Below are positions 16,806-24,691 of a stretch of 27,173 nt of DNA, piece by piece (positions within the stretch are counted from its first letter, which is position 1; every line of letters begins with the position of its first letter). The translations under genes and the position numbers were made by a program. Where the stretch lies: positions 1 through 27,173 of the IMG/VR virus record IMGVR_UViG_3300044453_000070. One strand, 5' to 3'. A model generated the notes under the pieces. The model was not told the origin of the DNA and did not search any database. It saw only the letters and a program-made list of their open reading frames with translations. The stretch comes from a virus. Taxonomy: Duplodnaviria; Caudoviricetes.

Positions 16806-17026
16806 CTCGTGAGGAGTTCGCCCTAGAGTTAGACGCTCTCCGCGAGATCATCGCCGGCATGGCAAACGGCAAGCGGACATGGCTGGACACATTCTGTGAC
16901 GGCAACCCGCTTGACCGGCTGATCCCCGGCGAATGGTACATGACATTTCCGACCATGGCCCAGGCGGAACGCGTTGCCGACGCGCTCGTCAATGCCGTTC
17001 GGGAGGACACCAATGCGCAAGCCTGA
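16802..17026 (+). CDS. hypothetical phage protein
   Basis: ATGA overlap; 74 aa. Confidence 0.55.
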   Translation: MTREEFALELDALREIIAGMANGKRTWLDTFCDGNPLDRLIPGEWYMTFPTMAQAERVADALVNAVREDTNAQA

Positions 17027-17399
17027 GAACCAGCCGGAGGGTTTTGCTGAGTTTTGGGCATCATGGCTTCCCTTCAAACGGAAGAACGACGGGCCGGGCG
17101 ACACGCGCAAAACCTATGCTAAGCATATCGCGGCGGGTGCGGAACCGGCCGACATTCTCGACGGCGCTAGGGGCTATCTCCGGAGCCTCACGGCCGAGGA
17201 GAAGAAGTACATCCCGCTCGCATCGACCTGGCTCAATCGCGAGGCTTATGCTGATTGGTGCGAGCAGGAGCGCGCATACCAGGCCCGCCAAGCCGCGAGG
17301 GCAACGCAGGCGGATAACGTGGTGTCGATCAAGGGCAAGGTCCCTGAAACGCATTTCTCCCGACGCTGGGAGCGCGGTGAGATCAAGGTGGGTGAGTGA
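17013..17399 (+). CDS. stand-alone C-terminal-type domain of a phage replication initiator
   Basis: RBS GGAGG; FAEFW..W..K....ILDGARGY......KYIPLASTWLNREAYAD. Confidence 0.7.
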   Translation: MRKPENQPEGFAEFWASWLPFKRKNDGPGDTRKTYAKHIAAGAEPADILDGARGYLRSLTAEEKKYIPLASTWLNREAYADWCEQERAYQARQAARATQADNVVSIKGKVPETHFSRRWERGEIKVGE

Positions 17400-17400
17400 G

Positions 17401-17709
17401 ATGACTTGGAGCAAAATACCTTGGATGGGCTATCCGTCCAAGGCTGAAGCCGTGCGTGTGTTTCATGCGCGGGGAATGAACGCCATCCAGATTGCTAAGC
17501 ATACAGGCATCAGCCGAACGCGCGTGAATGGCTATCTTTCGGTCGACAGGCAGAAAACAGCGATGGTTCGCTTGACGCTGCGTGCTGACACGATTCAGAG
17601 GCTAAGGAGTGAGGCGGCCCAGCGCGGTATTGACGGGCCTGACCTGTGCCGGAAGATCATTGAAGTCGTCATAGCAGACAGCATGATTGATGCCGTGCTT
17701 GACGAGTAG
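17401..17709 (+). CDS. HTH DNA-binding protein
   Basis: GYPSKAEAV..GMNAIQIAKHTGISRTRV. Confidence 0.7.
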   Translation: MTWSKIPWMGYPSKAEAVRVFHARGMNAIQIAKHTGISRTRVNGYLSVDRQKTAMVRLTLRADTIQRLRSEAAQRGIDGPDLCRKIIEVVIADSMIDAVLDE

Positions 17710-17732
17710 CATGAGCGTGCGGGAGAGTTAGC

Positions 17733-18389
17733 ATGATTAGGAAATGGACAGAAGCCGACCACGACAAGGTGGCGGAACTCTTGACGGCGGGTAAGTTGGC
17801 AAGCGAGATCGGAGCAGTCATTGGTGTCTCGCGCAATGCCATCATTGGGATCGTCGGGAGAACTGAGAGGCTGAGGGCTATCGGGTTCGCCCGAACCCCC
17901 GGACATCCGGGATCACGGAAACCGCGCCCGAACCGTAAACAGCCAGTCGCCGGGTCGCATAGGAAGCGGCCACAGAAGCTGTTTGCGGCACCGAAGACGG
18001 CGACGAATCCGGCACACAACTATCGCGACTTCTCGCCCATGAGGACGGGCTTTGCGCTTCCATCGCAGCAGCGTCGTGATACAATAACGGTGCCGGTAAC
18101 TGATTTGAATTCGGCCATCGAACAGTGGATGGCTGCGAACAACGGGCCAAGACGTTTCGAGCGCGGGGACAGCGGCGATTTTTTCTCGGTACAGGAATAT
18201 CTCCGGGCTCGCGGGCACGATGTGCGCGGCTCTCCCATGTCGAAGGGCTTTACGGTCATCTCTGACGGCAAGAAACGCAGCATGGGATGGCATGGCATCC
18301 TGAGACTGGCGGATGAGTTTAGGGCCAGCGAGGGCCGACAGACAATCTTTTCGAGACATCAACATGAGGCAGAAAGGAACCAGACATGA
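17733..18389 (+). CDS. protein with GcrA-like N-terminal HTH
   Basis: WTEADHDKVAELLTAGKLASEIGAVIGVSRNAIIGIVGR. Confidence 0.75.
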   Translation: MIRKWTEADHDKVAELLTAGKLASEIGAVIGVSRNAIIGIVGRTERLRAIGFARTPGHPGSRKPRPNRKQPVAGSHRKRPQKLFAAPKTATNPAHNYRDFSPMRTGFALPSQQRRDTITVPVTDLNSAIEQWMAANNGPRRFERGDSGDFFSVQEYLRARGHDVRGSPMSKGFTVISDGKKRSMGWHGILRLADEFRASEGRQTIFSRHQHEAERNQT

Positions 18390-18628
18390 CTGAGCAGATG
18401 GCGACTGAGCATTACGTTAGCGAGTTCAATGTTCCCAGCGAACGCGCGATCCTGATGGAGTTCACCAAGGATGGGCAGCGCGGCGAGTTCGATATCGTGG
18501 ATGGCGAGTTCATCTACACTGGTGACTTGCCCGTTTCCGATGCAGCGCGGATGCTGTTCGAAACGCTGGCGGATAACCTTGGCGACTGGTGGATCGAGCG
18601 AGCGCGGCGCAAGACCACATCTTCCTAG
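18386..18628 (+). CDS. hypothetical phage protein
   Basis: RBS AAAGGA; ATGA overlap. Confidence 0.6.
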   Translation: MTEQMATEHYVSEFNVPSERAILMEFTKDGQRGEFDIVDGEFIYTGDLPVSDAARMLFETLADNLGDWWIERARRKTTSS

Positions 18629-18652
18629 CATTGCAACGAGGACAGGCGGGGC

Positions 18653-19186
18653 ATGACGTGGTACGCTTTGAGGACCAAACCTGGGGCACAGAAGCCCCAA
18701 CGGGAATACAAGGTCGAAGACACGAGTAGCCGCAAGGGCTATCGCATCGTTCCCAGCCTTGACGCTAACGTGTCCGCTATCGAGCGCGTGTTGACGCAGG
18801 CCGGCATACAGCACTACATGCCGGCCGAGAAGCGATTGATCCGCGATCGGCGCCACACAGACCTGTGGAAGCCTCGCCGGTTCGCTTTGCTAGTCGGCTA
18901 CGTGTTCATCAAAGGCCCGGTCGACTGGTGGCAACTGAGTGAGCTTCCCGGCGTTCATAGCGTGGTGGGAATCAACGGCAAGCCGCTGGAGATTGACTTG
19001 CTCGACATCATGCATTTGCGGAGCCAGGAAGCGGTCATTGAGGAAGAGTTCGACCGCGACGCTCGACGCGCCCGCAAGACGCTCAAGGCCAAGGCACGCG
19101 ACAAGCCATGGCTCAAGAAGCTGGCGGCAAAGCTAGACGCGGCAGACGAATTGACCATGGCGATTGAACTGGCGCGCGCAAGTTGA
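18653..19186 (+). CDS. NusG-family (NGN domain) late antiterminator
   Basis: WYALRTKPG..YMP..LLVGYVFI..LPGVHSVVG..P; occupies the Q position. Confidence 0.85.
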   Translation: MTWYALRTKPGAQKPQREYKVEDTSSRKGYRIVPSLDANVSAIERVLTQAGIQHYMPAEKRLIRDRRHTDLWKPRRFALLVGYVFIKGPVDWWQLSELPGVHSVVGINGKPLEIDLLDIMHLRSQEAVIEEEFDRDARRARKTLKAKARDKPWLKKLAAKLDAADELTMAIELARAS

Positions 19187-19211
19187 CATGGCGCGGCTCA
19201 TGCCGTATGTA
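19183..19211 (+). promoter_or_regulatory. candidate late promoter (PR'-like)
   Basis: TTGACA 19183-19188, N17, TATGTA, directly after the antiterminator gene. Confidence 0.6.
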
Positions 19212-19620
19212 TGAGCGAACGGGTGATTTGCAGCGACGGGGATTCGTCCCGGCTGCGTGCGTGGGTTCTCCGCCGCGCGTTGGCTGCATATTGCCTGACG
19301 TAATTCAGATTGGCGCTTAGCGCCAGCGAGTTGCGAGGTTGCTTGCCGAATTGGCCCCTGGGCCTGTCCAGTCTCCGAGAGATGGCTAGGCAAGACGGTT
19401 GCGGATTTCGCCCCTCGCATTCATTCCCTGCCGCTCCAAGAGTCCGATATCTTCGGGGAGCCACTCAAGGGGCGGCAGGGTTACAGTTGGGAGTATGCTG
19501 GCTCGTAAGATGTCCAGATAGCGAGAGTGCCGCGCCTGCTCTGGTGCGTCTCGCGTAACCACCGGGGCTGTAGCAGGCGCTGCCGGTGCTCCCATATAAA
19601 TCCGAAGAAGGAACACCGCG

Positions 19621-19743
19621 ATGAAGCGCCTAAGGATTAGGATTCTTTTTACCGTAGCCCATGTTCTCCGCGTCCCGATTGATGTCCACGGAAGCTTTTT
19701 TGGCTTCCACACGGAGCCATGCAAAACTTCTTCATGCGCTTAG
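19621..19743 (+). CDS. 40-aa peptide (not in ORF track)
   Basis: RBS GAAGGA; MKRLRIRILFTVAHVLRVPIDVHGSFFG.. Confidence 0.4.
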   Translation: MKRLRIRILFTVAHVLRVPIDVHGSFFGFHTEPCKTSSCA

Positions 19744-19990
19744 CGCCACGACGCATACTGTGCGGTAGGGCTCCGGGTTAGCCCTCTCGCGGCAAACCGC
19801 ACAGGCTTACGAGGCCCGGCTATGCGTCGGAACCGCAGCGGTCATCCGATTGGCGCTGCACAGAGCGGTCACTGCCAACGGTGGCCGCTCTATTCATTCA
19901 GGAGTCTCCCATGTCTGAAGACAGCGACCGTCTGGACATGCTCGCCATCGCGACCGCTGAGGCGCACACGCCCTAAATCAGGATTAGCAG

Positions 19991-20335
19991 ATGCCCTATC
20001 GCGATCCAGCCACCGTGGCGATTGAGAACCTGTACACGCTCCTGGCTCCTGGGGCATCAGGCACGACAACCGATCGATCCGGCTCCATAGCCTCAGGCGG
20101 GACCGCACAGACGCTTGCAGCGGCAAACGGCAACCGTCAGCGTCTCATCGGCCAGAACATCTCCAGCGAGCCTCTGTGGATCAACGAGTTGGGCGGCACG
20201 GCAACGGCAGATACTGTCGGTTCCTATCGCATCTCGTCCTATGCGGTATTCGAGGTACAAACGAAACTCGCGGTTTCCATCGTCGGCCCGACCACGGGTC
20301 AGGAGTGGACCGCGTTCGAACAGAGTAGCGTGTAA
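19991..20335 (+). CDS. beta-rich probable virion accessory protein
   Basis: Gly/Thr/Ala-rich, AQTLAAAN.NR..L..QN.S...LWIN; first long gene of the late region. Confidence 0.55.
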   Translation: MPYRDPATVAIENLYTLLAPGASGTTTDRSGSIASGGTAQTLAAANGNRQRLIGQNISSEPLWINELGGTATADTVGSYRISSYAVFEVQTKLAVSIVGPTTGQEWTAFEQSSV

Positions 20336-20350
20336 GGATGGGCTATCGGT

Positions 20351-20866
20351 ATGGCTGCCCCTGAAGGAAATGACTTCGCGGTTGGCAATCCCGGCGGGGG
20401 CCGCCCGTCTAGCTACAAGCCCGAGTTCGCCCCCATCGCGGAGAAGATGTGCGAGTTAGGCGCGACCGACACGGAGATTGCCGAGGCGTTCGGCGTGAGC
20501 GTCCGCACCATCCACTCGTGGAAGCATGAGTTTGATGAGTTTTCTGCATGCCTGAAGGCAGGTAAGGCGCTCGCTGACGAACGGGTTGAGCGCGGTCTGT
20601 ACCAGAAGGCTACCGGCTACGACTATACGGAAGAGCAGGCCATAAAGGTCAAGGTCGAGGCTCACAAGGAAGAGGTTGAGGTGGTAGAGGTCAAGCGCCA
20701 CGCGCCGGCCGAGACGACCGCCGCGATCTTCTGGCTCAAGAACCGACGCCGCGATCAGTGGCGCGACAAGCAGGAAGTCGACATGAACGTCAGCTATGCG
20801 GACATGTCGGAGGAGGAGTTGCGCGCGGCTGCGATGAAGCTGGCGCTAGAGATAAAGGGCGGCTAG
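20351..20866 (+). CDS. terS: terminase small subunit
   Basis: GRPSSY..GATDTEIAEAFGVS..W..VERGLYQKATGY..AAIFWLKNR..WRDKQE. Confidence 0.88.
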   Translation: MAAPEGNDFAVGNPGGGRPSSYKPEFAPIAEKMCELGATDTEIAEAFGVSVRTIHSWKHEFDEFSACLKAGKALADERVERGLYQKATGYDYTEEQAIKVKVEAHKEEVEVVEVKRHAPAETTAAIFWLKNRRRDQWRDKQEVDMNVSYADMSEEELRAAAMKLALEIKGG

Positions 20867-21051
20867 ACGGGCGTATGTAGCCCAATGCCTGACACCTGTA
20901 GCGCAGCGTACATGTAGACCGCAAACAGCAGCCCGCCTATCAGGTAGGTTGGTACGTAGATACGGGGCGATAAGCCGACCGCGTGCGCTACCAAACCGCT
21001 GAATACCGGCGCGAGAACCGCGACTAGAACCATTGCTTGCCAGTTTGTCAT
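20863..21051 (-). CDS. small two-TM membrane protein
   Basis: RBS AGGAG; hydrophobic 62 aa. Confidence 0.65.
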   Translation of the reverse strand: MTNWQAMVLVAVLAPVFSGLVAHAVGLSPRIYVPTYLIGGLLFAVYMYAALQVSGIGLHTPV

Positions 21052-21227
21052 GGGGTCTCCTAAATCGGGCTGGAACTGAGGTTAGTCTAACTATAGCGTA
21101 TGTGGAATGTGGGATGGTTAGGAGCCTAGCATTCCAACGTATTCACGCCACGGCATAACGTACGTCGTTGTGAGCCATAGCCGCCTGTGGTGGCAATACA
21201 GTGCAACATGGCTATCGTGCGGTTCGT

Positions 21228-21458
21228 TCACGGCCTCGTCTCCTTCAGCCTGTAGCTACGGATAGCGCAGTGTCGCTCGCGTCTGTTGCGGTCATTGGCG
21301 GCTTCCAGCATGATCTTGCGTGCGGTTCCTTCGTGGTTGGCCGCGCGCACTAGGAGATCAAGTTTAAGTTCCTCGCGTGCCCTTTTGGCCATCCGACGGT
21401 TGCTCTGTGCGGCTATCATGCCTAGCACGGAGGCTTGGAAGAGACTGGATAGGCTCAC
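21228..21458 (-). CDS. hypothetical basic protein
   Basis: RBS AGGAG, GTG start. Confidence 0.6.
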   Translation of the reverse strand: MSLSSLFQASVLGMIAAQSNRRMAKRAREELKLDLLVRAANHEGTARKIMLEAANDRNRRERHCAIRSYRLKETRP

Positions 21459-21479
21459 GGCTTGTGTCTCCTAAGGGTG

Positions 21480-21659
21480 TCATACTTTGATCTTGTGGGT
21501 GAACGAGCTTACTTCCAATTCGGCGAGGAAGCGGGCCAGCCCTTTCTCGGTGATGGCGGCCTCGATCTTGGCAACACGCTGTTCCATTTCGGCCTTCTCC
21601 TTCGCCTCCTGGCGGGCGAACTCTGCGTCAGATGTCATTTCAGAATAGTAGTGTCCCAT
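21480..21659 (-). CDS. 59-aa helical protein (not in ORF track)
   Basis: RBS AGGAG; MGHYYSEMTSDAEFARQEAKEKAEMEQRVAKIEAAITEKGLARFLAELEVSSFTHKIKV. Confidence 0.65.
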   Translation of the reverse strand: MGHYYSEMTSDAEFARQEAKEKAEMEQRVAKIEAAITEKGLARFLAELEVSSFTHKIKV

Positions 21660-21671
21660 TGGGGTCTCCTG

Positions 21672-22256
21672 TTACGGCCTGTGTTTGCGTAGCGTGTCAT
21701 TGATCCTCGCCTGCCATCCAGGGCCAGTAGCGCGGAATGCTTCGATGATGTCGGGGTCTAGGCCAACAGACTCGACAACGCTTATAGCATCGGTCCCCTT
21801 GCCCATGTTGCAGTCGCTGCAAAGGGTTATGAGGTTGCTGATGTCGTCTGAGCCGCCACGCGAAACGGGCAGCATGTGGTCGATGTGCAGCACGACCTTG
21901 TGTTCGTCGGCATTGCGACCGCACATCTGACACCTGTAGTCGTCGCGCGAGAAGACATTGAACCGTGTCTTCAGCGAGATAGATCGGGCTTGCTGCTGCC
22001 CGGACGCCACTCTATGGCTTTTGACGCGGCACCGGTCCGAACAAAACTTGGCGTGCCAAGCGCCATAGAACGCGCTGCCGCACCACGCACATTGATGCTC
22101 GTAAGCGCCGCTTGAACGGAGTTTGGCGGCCTCCTCGACGGGCAAGCAAAGCGATGGCGTCTGGACATCGTTGACCAACTTGGCAGGCTTGTTCTTGCAG
22201 GACCGGCCGCACCATCGCCACGAATTACAGACGCCACACTTGTTAAGAAGGTCCAT
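21672..22256 (-). CDS. HNH endonuclease with BrnA-antitoxin-like C-terminal motif
   Basis: RFNVFSRDDYRCQMCG..LHIDHMLPVSRGG..NL..LC..CN..KG then LDPDIIEAFRATGPGWQARINDTLR. Confidence 0.85.
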   Translation of the reverse strand: MDLLNKCGVCNSWRWCGRSCKNKPAKLVNDVQTPSLCLPVEEAAKLRSSGAYEHQCAWCGSAFYGAWHAKFCSDRCRVKSHRVASGQQQARSISLKTRFNVFSRDDYRCQMCGRNADEHKVVLHIDHMLPVSRGGSDDISNLITLCSDCNMGKGTDAISVVESVGLDPDIIEAFRATGPGWQARINDTLRKHRP

Positions 22257-22267
22257 CGCGTTCTCCG

Positions 22268-22312
22268 CCCGTTACAGGAGTGTATGATACGTTAGTGTAA
22301 CGGGGCATGCAA
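22268..22312 (-). promoter_or_regulatory. sigma70-type promoter with overlapping inverted repeat, driving the antisense cassette
   Basis: TTGCAT (22312-22307) N17 TATCAT (22289-22284); CCCGTTACA 22268-22276 / TGTAACGGG 22296-22304. Confidence 0.7.
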
Positions 22313-22350
22313 TGGGTATATGGCGAACAGTTAAGCAGTAAAGGCGCAAC

Positions 22351-24123
22351 GTGGAAGTTCACGATAATCCCGAACGCCTGAGCCTATTCGAGGGCCTGTC
22401 TGAGGCCGACATCGGCCGCATGACCCGCGACCAAGTCGCCCGCATGCTGGGCATCCTTGAGGCGCAGAAGAAGCGCGAAGGGCAACGGCTGTTCTGGCGC
22501 TACTTCCCGGACAAGGACACATCGTATCCGGGCGGCGTGATGTTCCACGCTCGCGAGAAGTACGCAAAGCATCTGGAGTTCTTCCGGGTCGGCGCTACGT
22601 TCCGCGAACGCTGCTTCATGGCGGCCAATCGCTGCATCACTCCGTGGACATGGCTTCAAACGCCGGCCGGTGAGGCCCTGAGCGCAGAAGTTTGGACTTC
22701 GGAAGATGCGACTGTTCTGGCGTGGGACGGTGAAGCAGAACGAACCGCTCAAGCGCAGCACGGAATTCTGAAGTGCATTGAGCCAGCGTTTCGTCTGGTG
22801 ATGGGCAGCGGTCGATTCTTTGACTGCACCCGTAAGCACCGGGTATTGTCGAACGAGGGGTGGCTTTCGCTCGACCAGATAGTGTCTCGTGCAAGTGGTC
22901 TGCGTTTGTGGCATAGACGCGAAGATTATCAGGCCAATTGTGTCGCGGGTGGCTATCTCGGTGGTCAACCACTTCGGTCGCTCGGAGGTATCGACCTAGC
23001 GTCACTTCGGCCACAAGGCGATGCTCAAGGACGCGCCCCGTTGATTTTCGCGCTTCCGGATGAAGCGGAGCAAACACTTCGACATATCCGTGCTTGTCAA
23101 GGACGCGACCGCCTTTCCAGCCAGGATGATCTGTACCGCTTCGCGGCCCTGTTCGCGATGTTTGCAGGTGCGTCGAGCGCGCAATCCTGTCTATCGCTGA
23201 GCGAGTGCACCCGAGACGTTCTGCGGTTTGTTCAAGCGTCAGTCGCTCAACTTCGACAAGATGGCGAACGGTATCGCGATCAATCCGACGCCTATGATCG
23301 CCTCGCTTCTGCCCTGAAGGGATGCCTCGGCGGATCATGTACGCGGACAGGGACGGATGCGATACGCCGATCTGGCGCGCTATGTCATGACGTCCAAGAC
23401 CTTGGCGGCTCAGTTCAAGAATGGTTTGATGGTGAGGGTCGCATAGCGATCTTTTACCCATACGGCCATGTTCCTTTGGTCGGCGGTGAGCACATAGCGG
23501 CAATCGTACCACTCGGTTTGCAGCCAATAATAGACGCAACCGTTCCGGAACACCAGAACTATAAGGCCGCTGGCGTCTACCACCACAACACTGGCAAGAC
23601 CGTAGCCGGCGCTTACGAGACGAGTTGCCATCTGACGGGGCTTTACCCGGATTGGTGGGAAGGTCGACGGTTTGACCGCCCCATCAGGGCATGGGCGGCC
23701 GGCAAGACCAACGAGACGACACGCGACATCGTGCAGGGCTCGCTGATGGGCGAGGTACAGCCTGGCGTCGCCCGCAAGGGGTTTACGGGCACAGGCCTCG
23801 TTCCCGGCGCATTGATCAAACAGGATTCGGTCGCATGGAAGCAGGGCGTTGCCGACCTGTGCGACACGGTGAAGGTGAAGCATGCTTCGGGCGGCTGGTC
23901 CCAGCTTGGCTTCAAAAGCTATCAGCAGGGGCGCGGTTCATTCGAGGGCACGGCGCAGCACGTCATTTGGCTTGATGAGGAGCCGCCGCTGGACGTTTAC
24001 GGCGAGTGCCTTATCCGCACCGCGACCACAAAGGGCATCATCCTCCTGACGTTCACGCCGCTTGAGGGCATGTCGGAAACCGTCATGCAGTTCATGCCGC
24101 AAGAGCACAAGACCGATGCCTGA
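22351..24123 (+). CDS. terL: terminase large subunit, N-terminal (ATPase) part, intein-containing; 271 aa after splicing
   Basis: Walker A MAANR|TGKT split by intein; FKSYQQGRGSFEG; Walker B IWLDEE; TFTPLEG. Confidence 0.93.
   Translation: MEVHDNPERLSLFEGLSEADIGRMTRDQVARMLGILEAQKKREGQRLFWRYFPDKDTSYPGGVMFHAREKYAKHLEFFRVGATFRERCFMAANRCITPWTWLQTPAGEALSAEVWTSEDATVLAWDGEAERTAQAQHGILKCIEPAFRLVMGSGRFFDCTRKHRVLSNEGWLSLDQIVSRASGLRLWHRREDYQANCVAGGYLGGQPLRSLGGIDLASLRPQGDAQGRAPLIFALPDEAEQTLRHIRACQGRDRLSSQDDLYRFAALFAMFAGASSAQSCLSLSECTRDVLRFVQASVAQLRQDGERYRDQSDAYDRLASALKGCLGGSCTRTGTDAIRRSGALCHDVQDLGGSVQEWFDGEGRIAIFYPYGHVPLVGGEHIAAIVPLGLQPIIDATVPEHQNYKAAGVYHHNTGKTVAGAYETSCHLTGLYPDWWEGRRFDRPIRAWAAGKTNETTRDIVQGSLMGEVQPGVARKGFTGTGLVPGALIKQDSVAWKQGVADLCDTVKVKHASGGWSQLGFKSYQQGRGSFEGTAQHVIWLDEEPPLDVYGECLIRTATTKGIILLTFTPLEGMSETVMQFMPQEHKTDA
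22633..23589 (+). mobile_element. intein 1 (319 aa) in TerL Walker A
   Basis: Block A CITPWT, block B CTRKHRVL, block F/G IIDATVPEHQNYKAAGVYHHN, +1 Thr. Confidence 0.92.
22637..23461 (-). CDS. HTH-HTH-HNH endonuclease encoded antisense inside intein 1 (274 aa)
   Basis: AAAGGA-N10-ATG; IARQIGVS and TAERLGC HTHs; HPGWKGG..GYV..GRVLEHRLVAE..LGR.L...EVVDHRD....NWPDNL. Confidence 0.88.
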   Translation of the reverse strand: MGKRSLCDPHHQTILELSRQGLGRHDIARQIGVSHPSLSAYMIRRGIPSGQKRGDHRRRIDRDTVRHLVEVERLTLEQTAERLGCTRSAIDRIARSTHLQTSRTGPRSGTDHPGWKGGRVLDKHGYVEVFAPLHPEARKSTGRVLEHRLVAEVTLGRYLRATEVVDHRDSHPRHNWPDNLRVYATNADHLHETLSGRAKATPRSTIPGAYGCSQRIDRCPSPDETLAQCTSEFRAALERFVLLHRPTPEQSHLPKSKLLRSGPHRPAFEAMSTE

Positions 24124-24691
24124 GAATAAGGTGACGCTATCGCGCGAGTGCTGGCACCGCGCCGACCGGCAGAAGAGGTGCGTGCGCTGCGGCGAGACGA
24201 AGCGTCTTGCGGATTTCTATTCGTATGGTTACGTCACGAACCAAGGGAAGCCAAGCACCAGGTATGAAAGCCGGTGCATCGACTGCAGTAAGGCTAGGAT
24301 GGCGGAGCAAAGGAAGGCGAAACCGCATCTCGTGGTTGAGCAGAACCGCCGAAGGTACGACCGCAATCCCAATTGGTCTCGTGAGCAGTCCAAGCGGTAT
24401 AGAAACACGGAGCATGGCCGTCTCAAGAAGGCTCTTTTGCAGCGCCAGCGAAAGGCGAGAATGCGCAGCAAGTCCGGCGACAATGCCGCTATTAAGGCAG
24501 TCTACGCATTGGCAATGGAGATAGAGCGTATCGTCGCTCAGTGCCCGGTGTTCGATATTCCGGAACTCGGCAAGAAGATGCACGTCGATCACATCATGCC
24601 CCTGTCGCGCGGCGGTCTGCATGAGGTTGAGAATCTGCAAATTCTGCCAATCGGGCTCAATATGCGAAAGGGCGCGTCGTGCCCGAGATAA
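24116..24691 (+). CDS. free-standing HNH endonuclease between the terL halves (191 aa)
   Basis: CVRC..CIDC zinc ribbon; MHVDHIMPLSRGGLHEVENLQILP...NMRKG; overlaps both terL ORFs. Confidence 0.9.
   Translation: MPENKVTLSRECWHRADRQKRCVRCGETKRLADFYSYGYVTNQGKPSTRYESRCIDCSKARMAEQRKAKPHLVVEQNRRRYDRNPNWSREQSKRYRNTEHGRLKKALLQRQRKARMRSKSGDNAAIKAVYALAMEIERIVAQCPVFDIPELGKKMHVDHIMPLSRGGLHEVENLQILPIGLNMRKGASCPR

Noticed and set aside
19420-19600. tRNA gene(s) in the late leader
   Set aside because: Stems are present but I could not find a T-loop GTTCRA or a cloverleaf
24118-24683. Ribosomal bypass from GCC-TGA to the downstream GCC
   Set aside because: The matching GCC at 24681-24683 is not in the TerL-C frame, and TerL-C has its own RBS and start
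24116-24691. Self-splicing intron or split intein rejoining the terL halves
   Set aside because: The HNH overlaps both terL ORFs, leaving no non-coding room for a ribozyme core; neither fragment end has intein motifs, and both inteins are complete in cis
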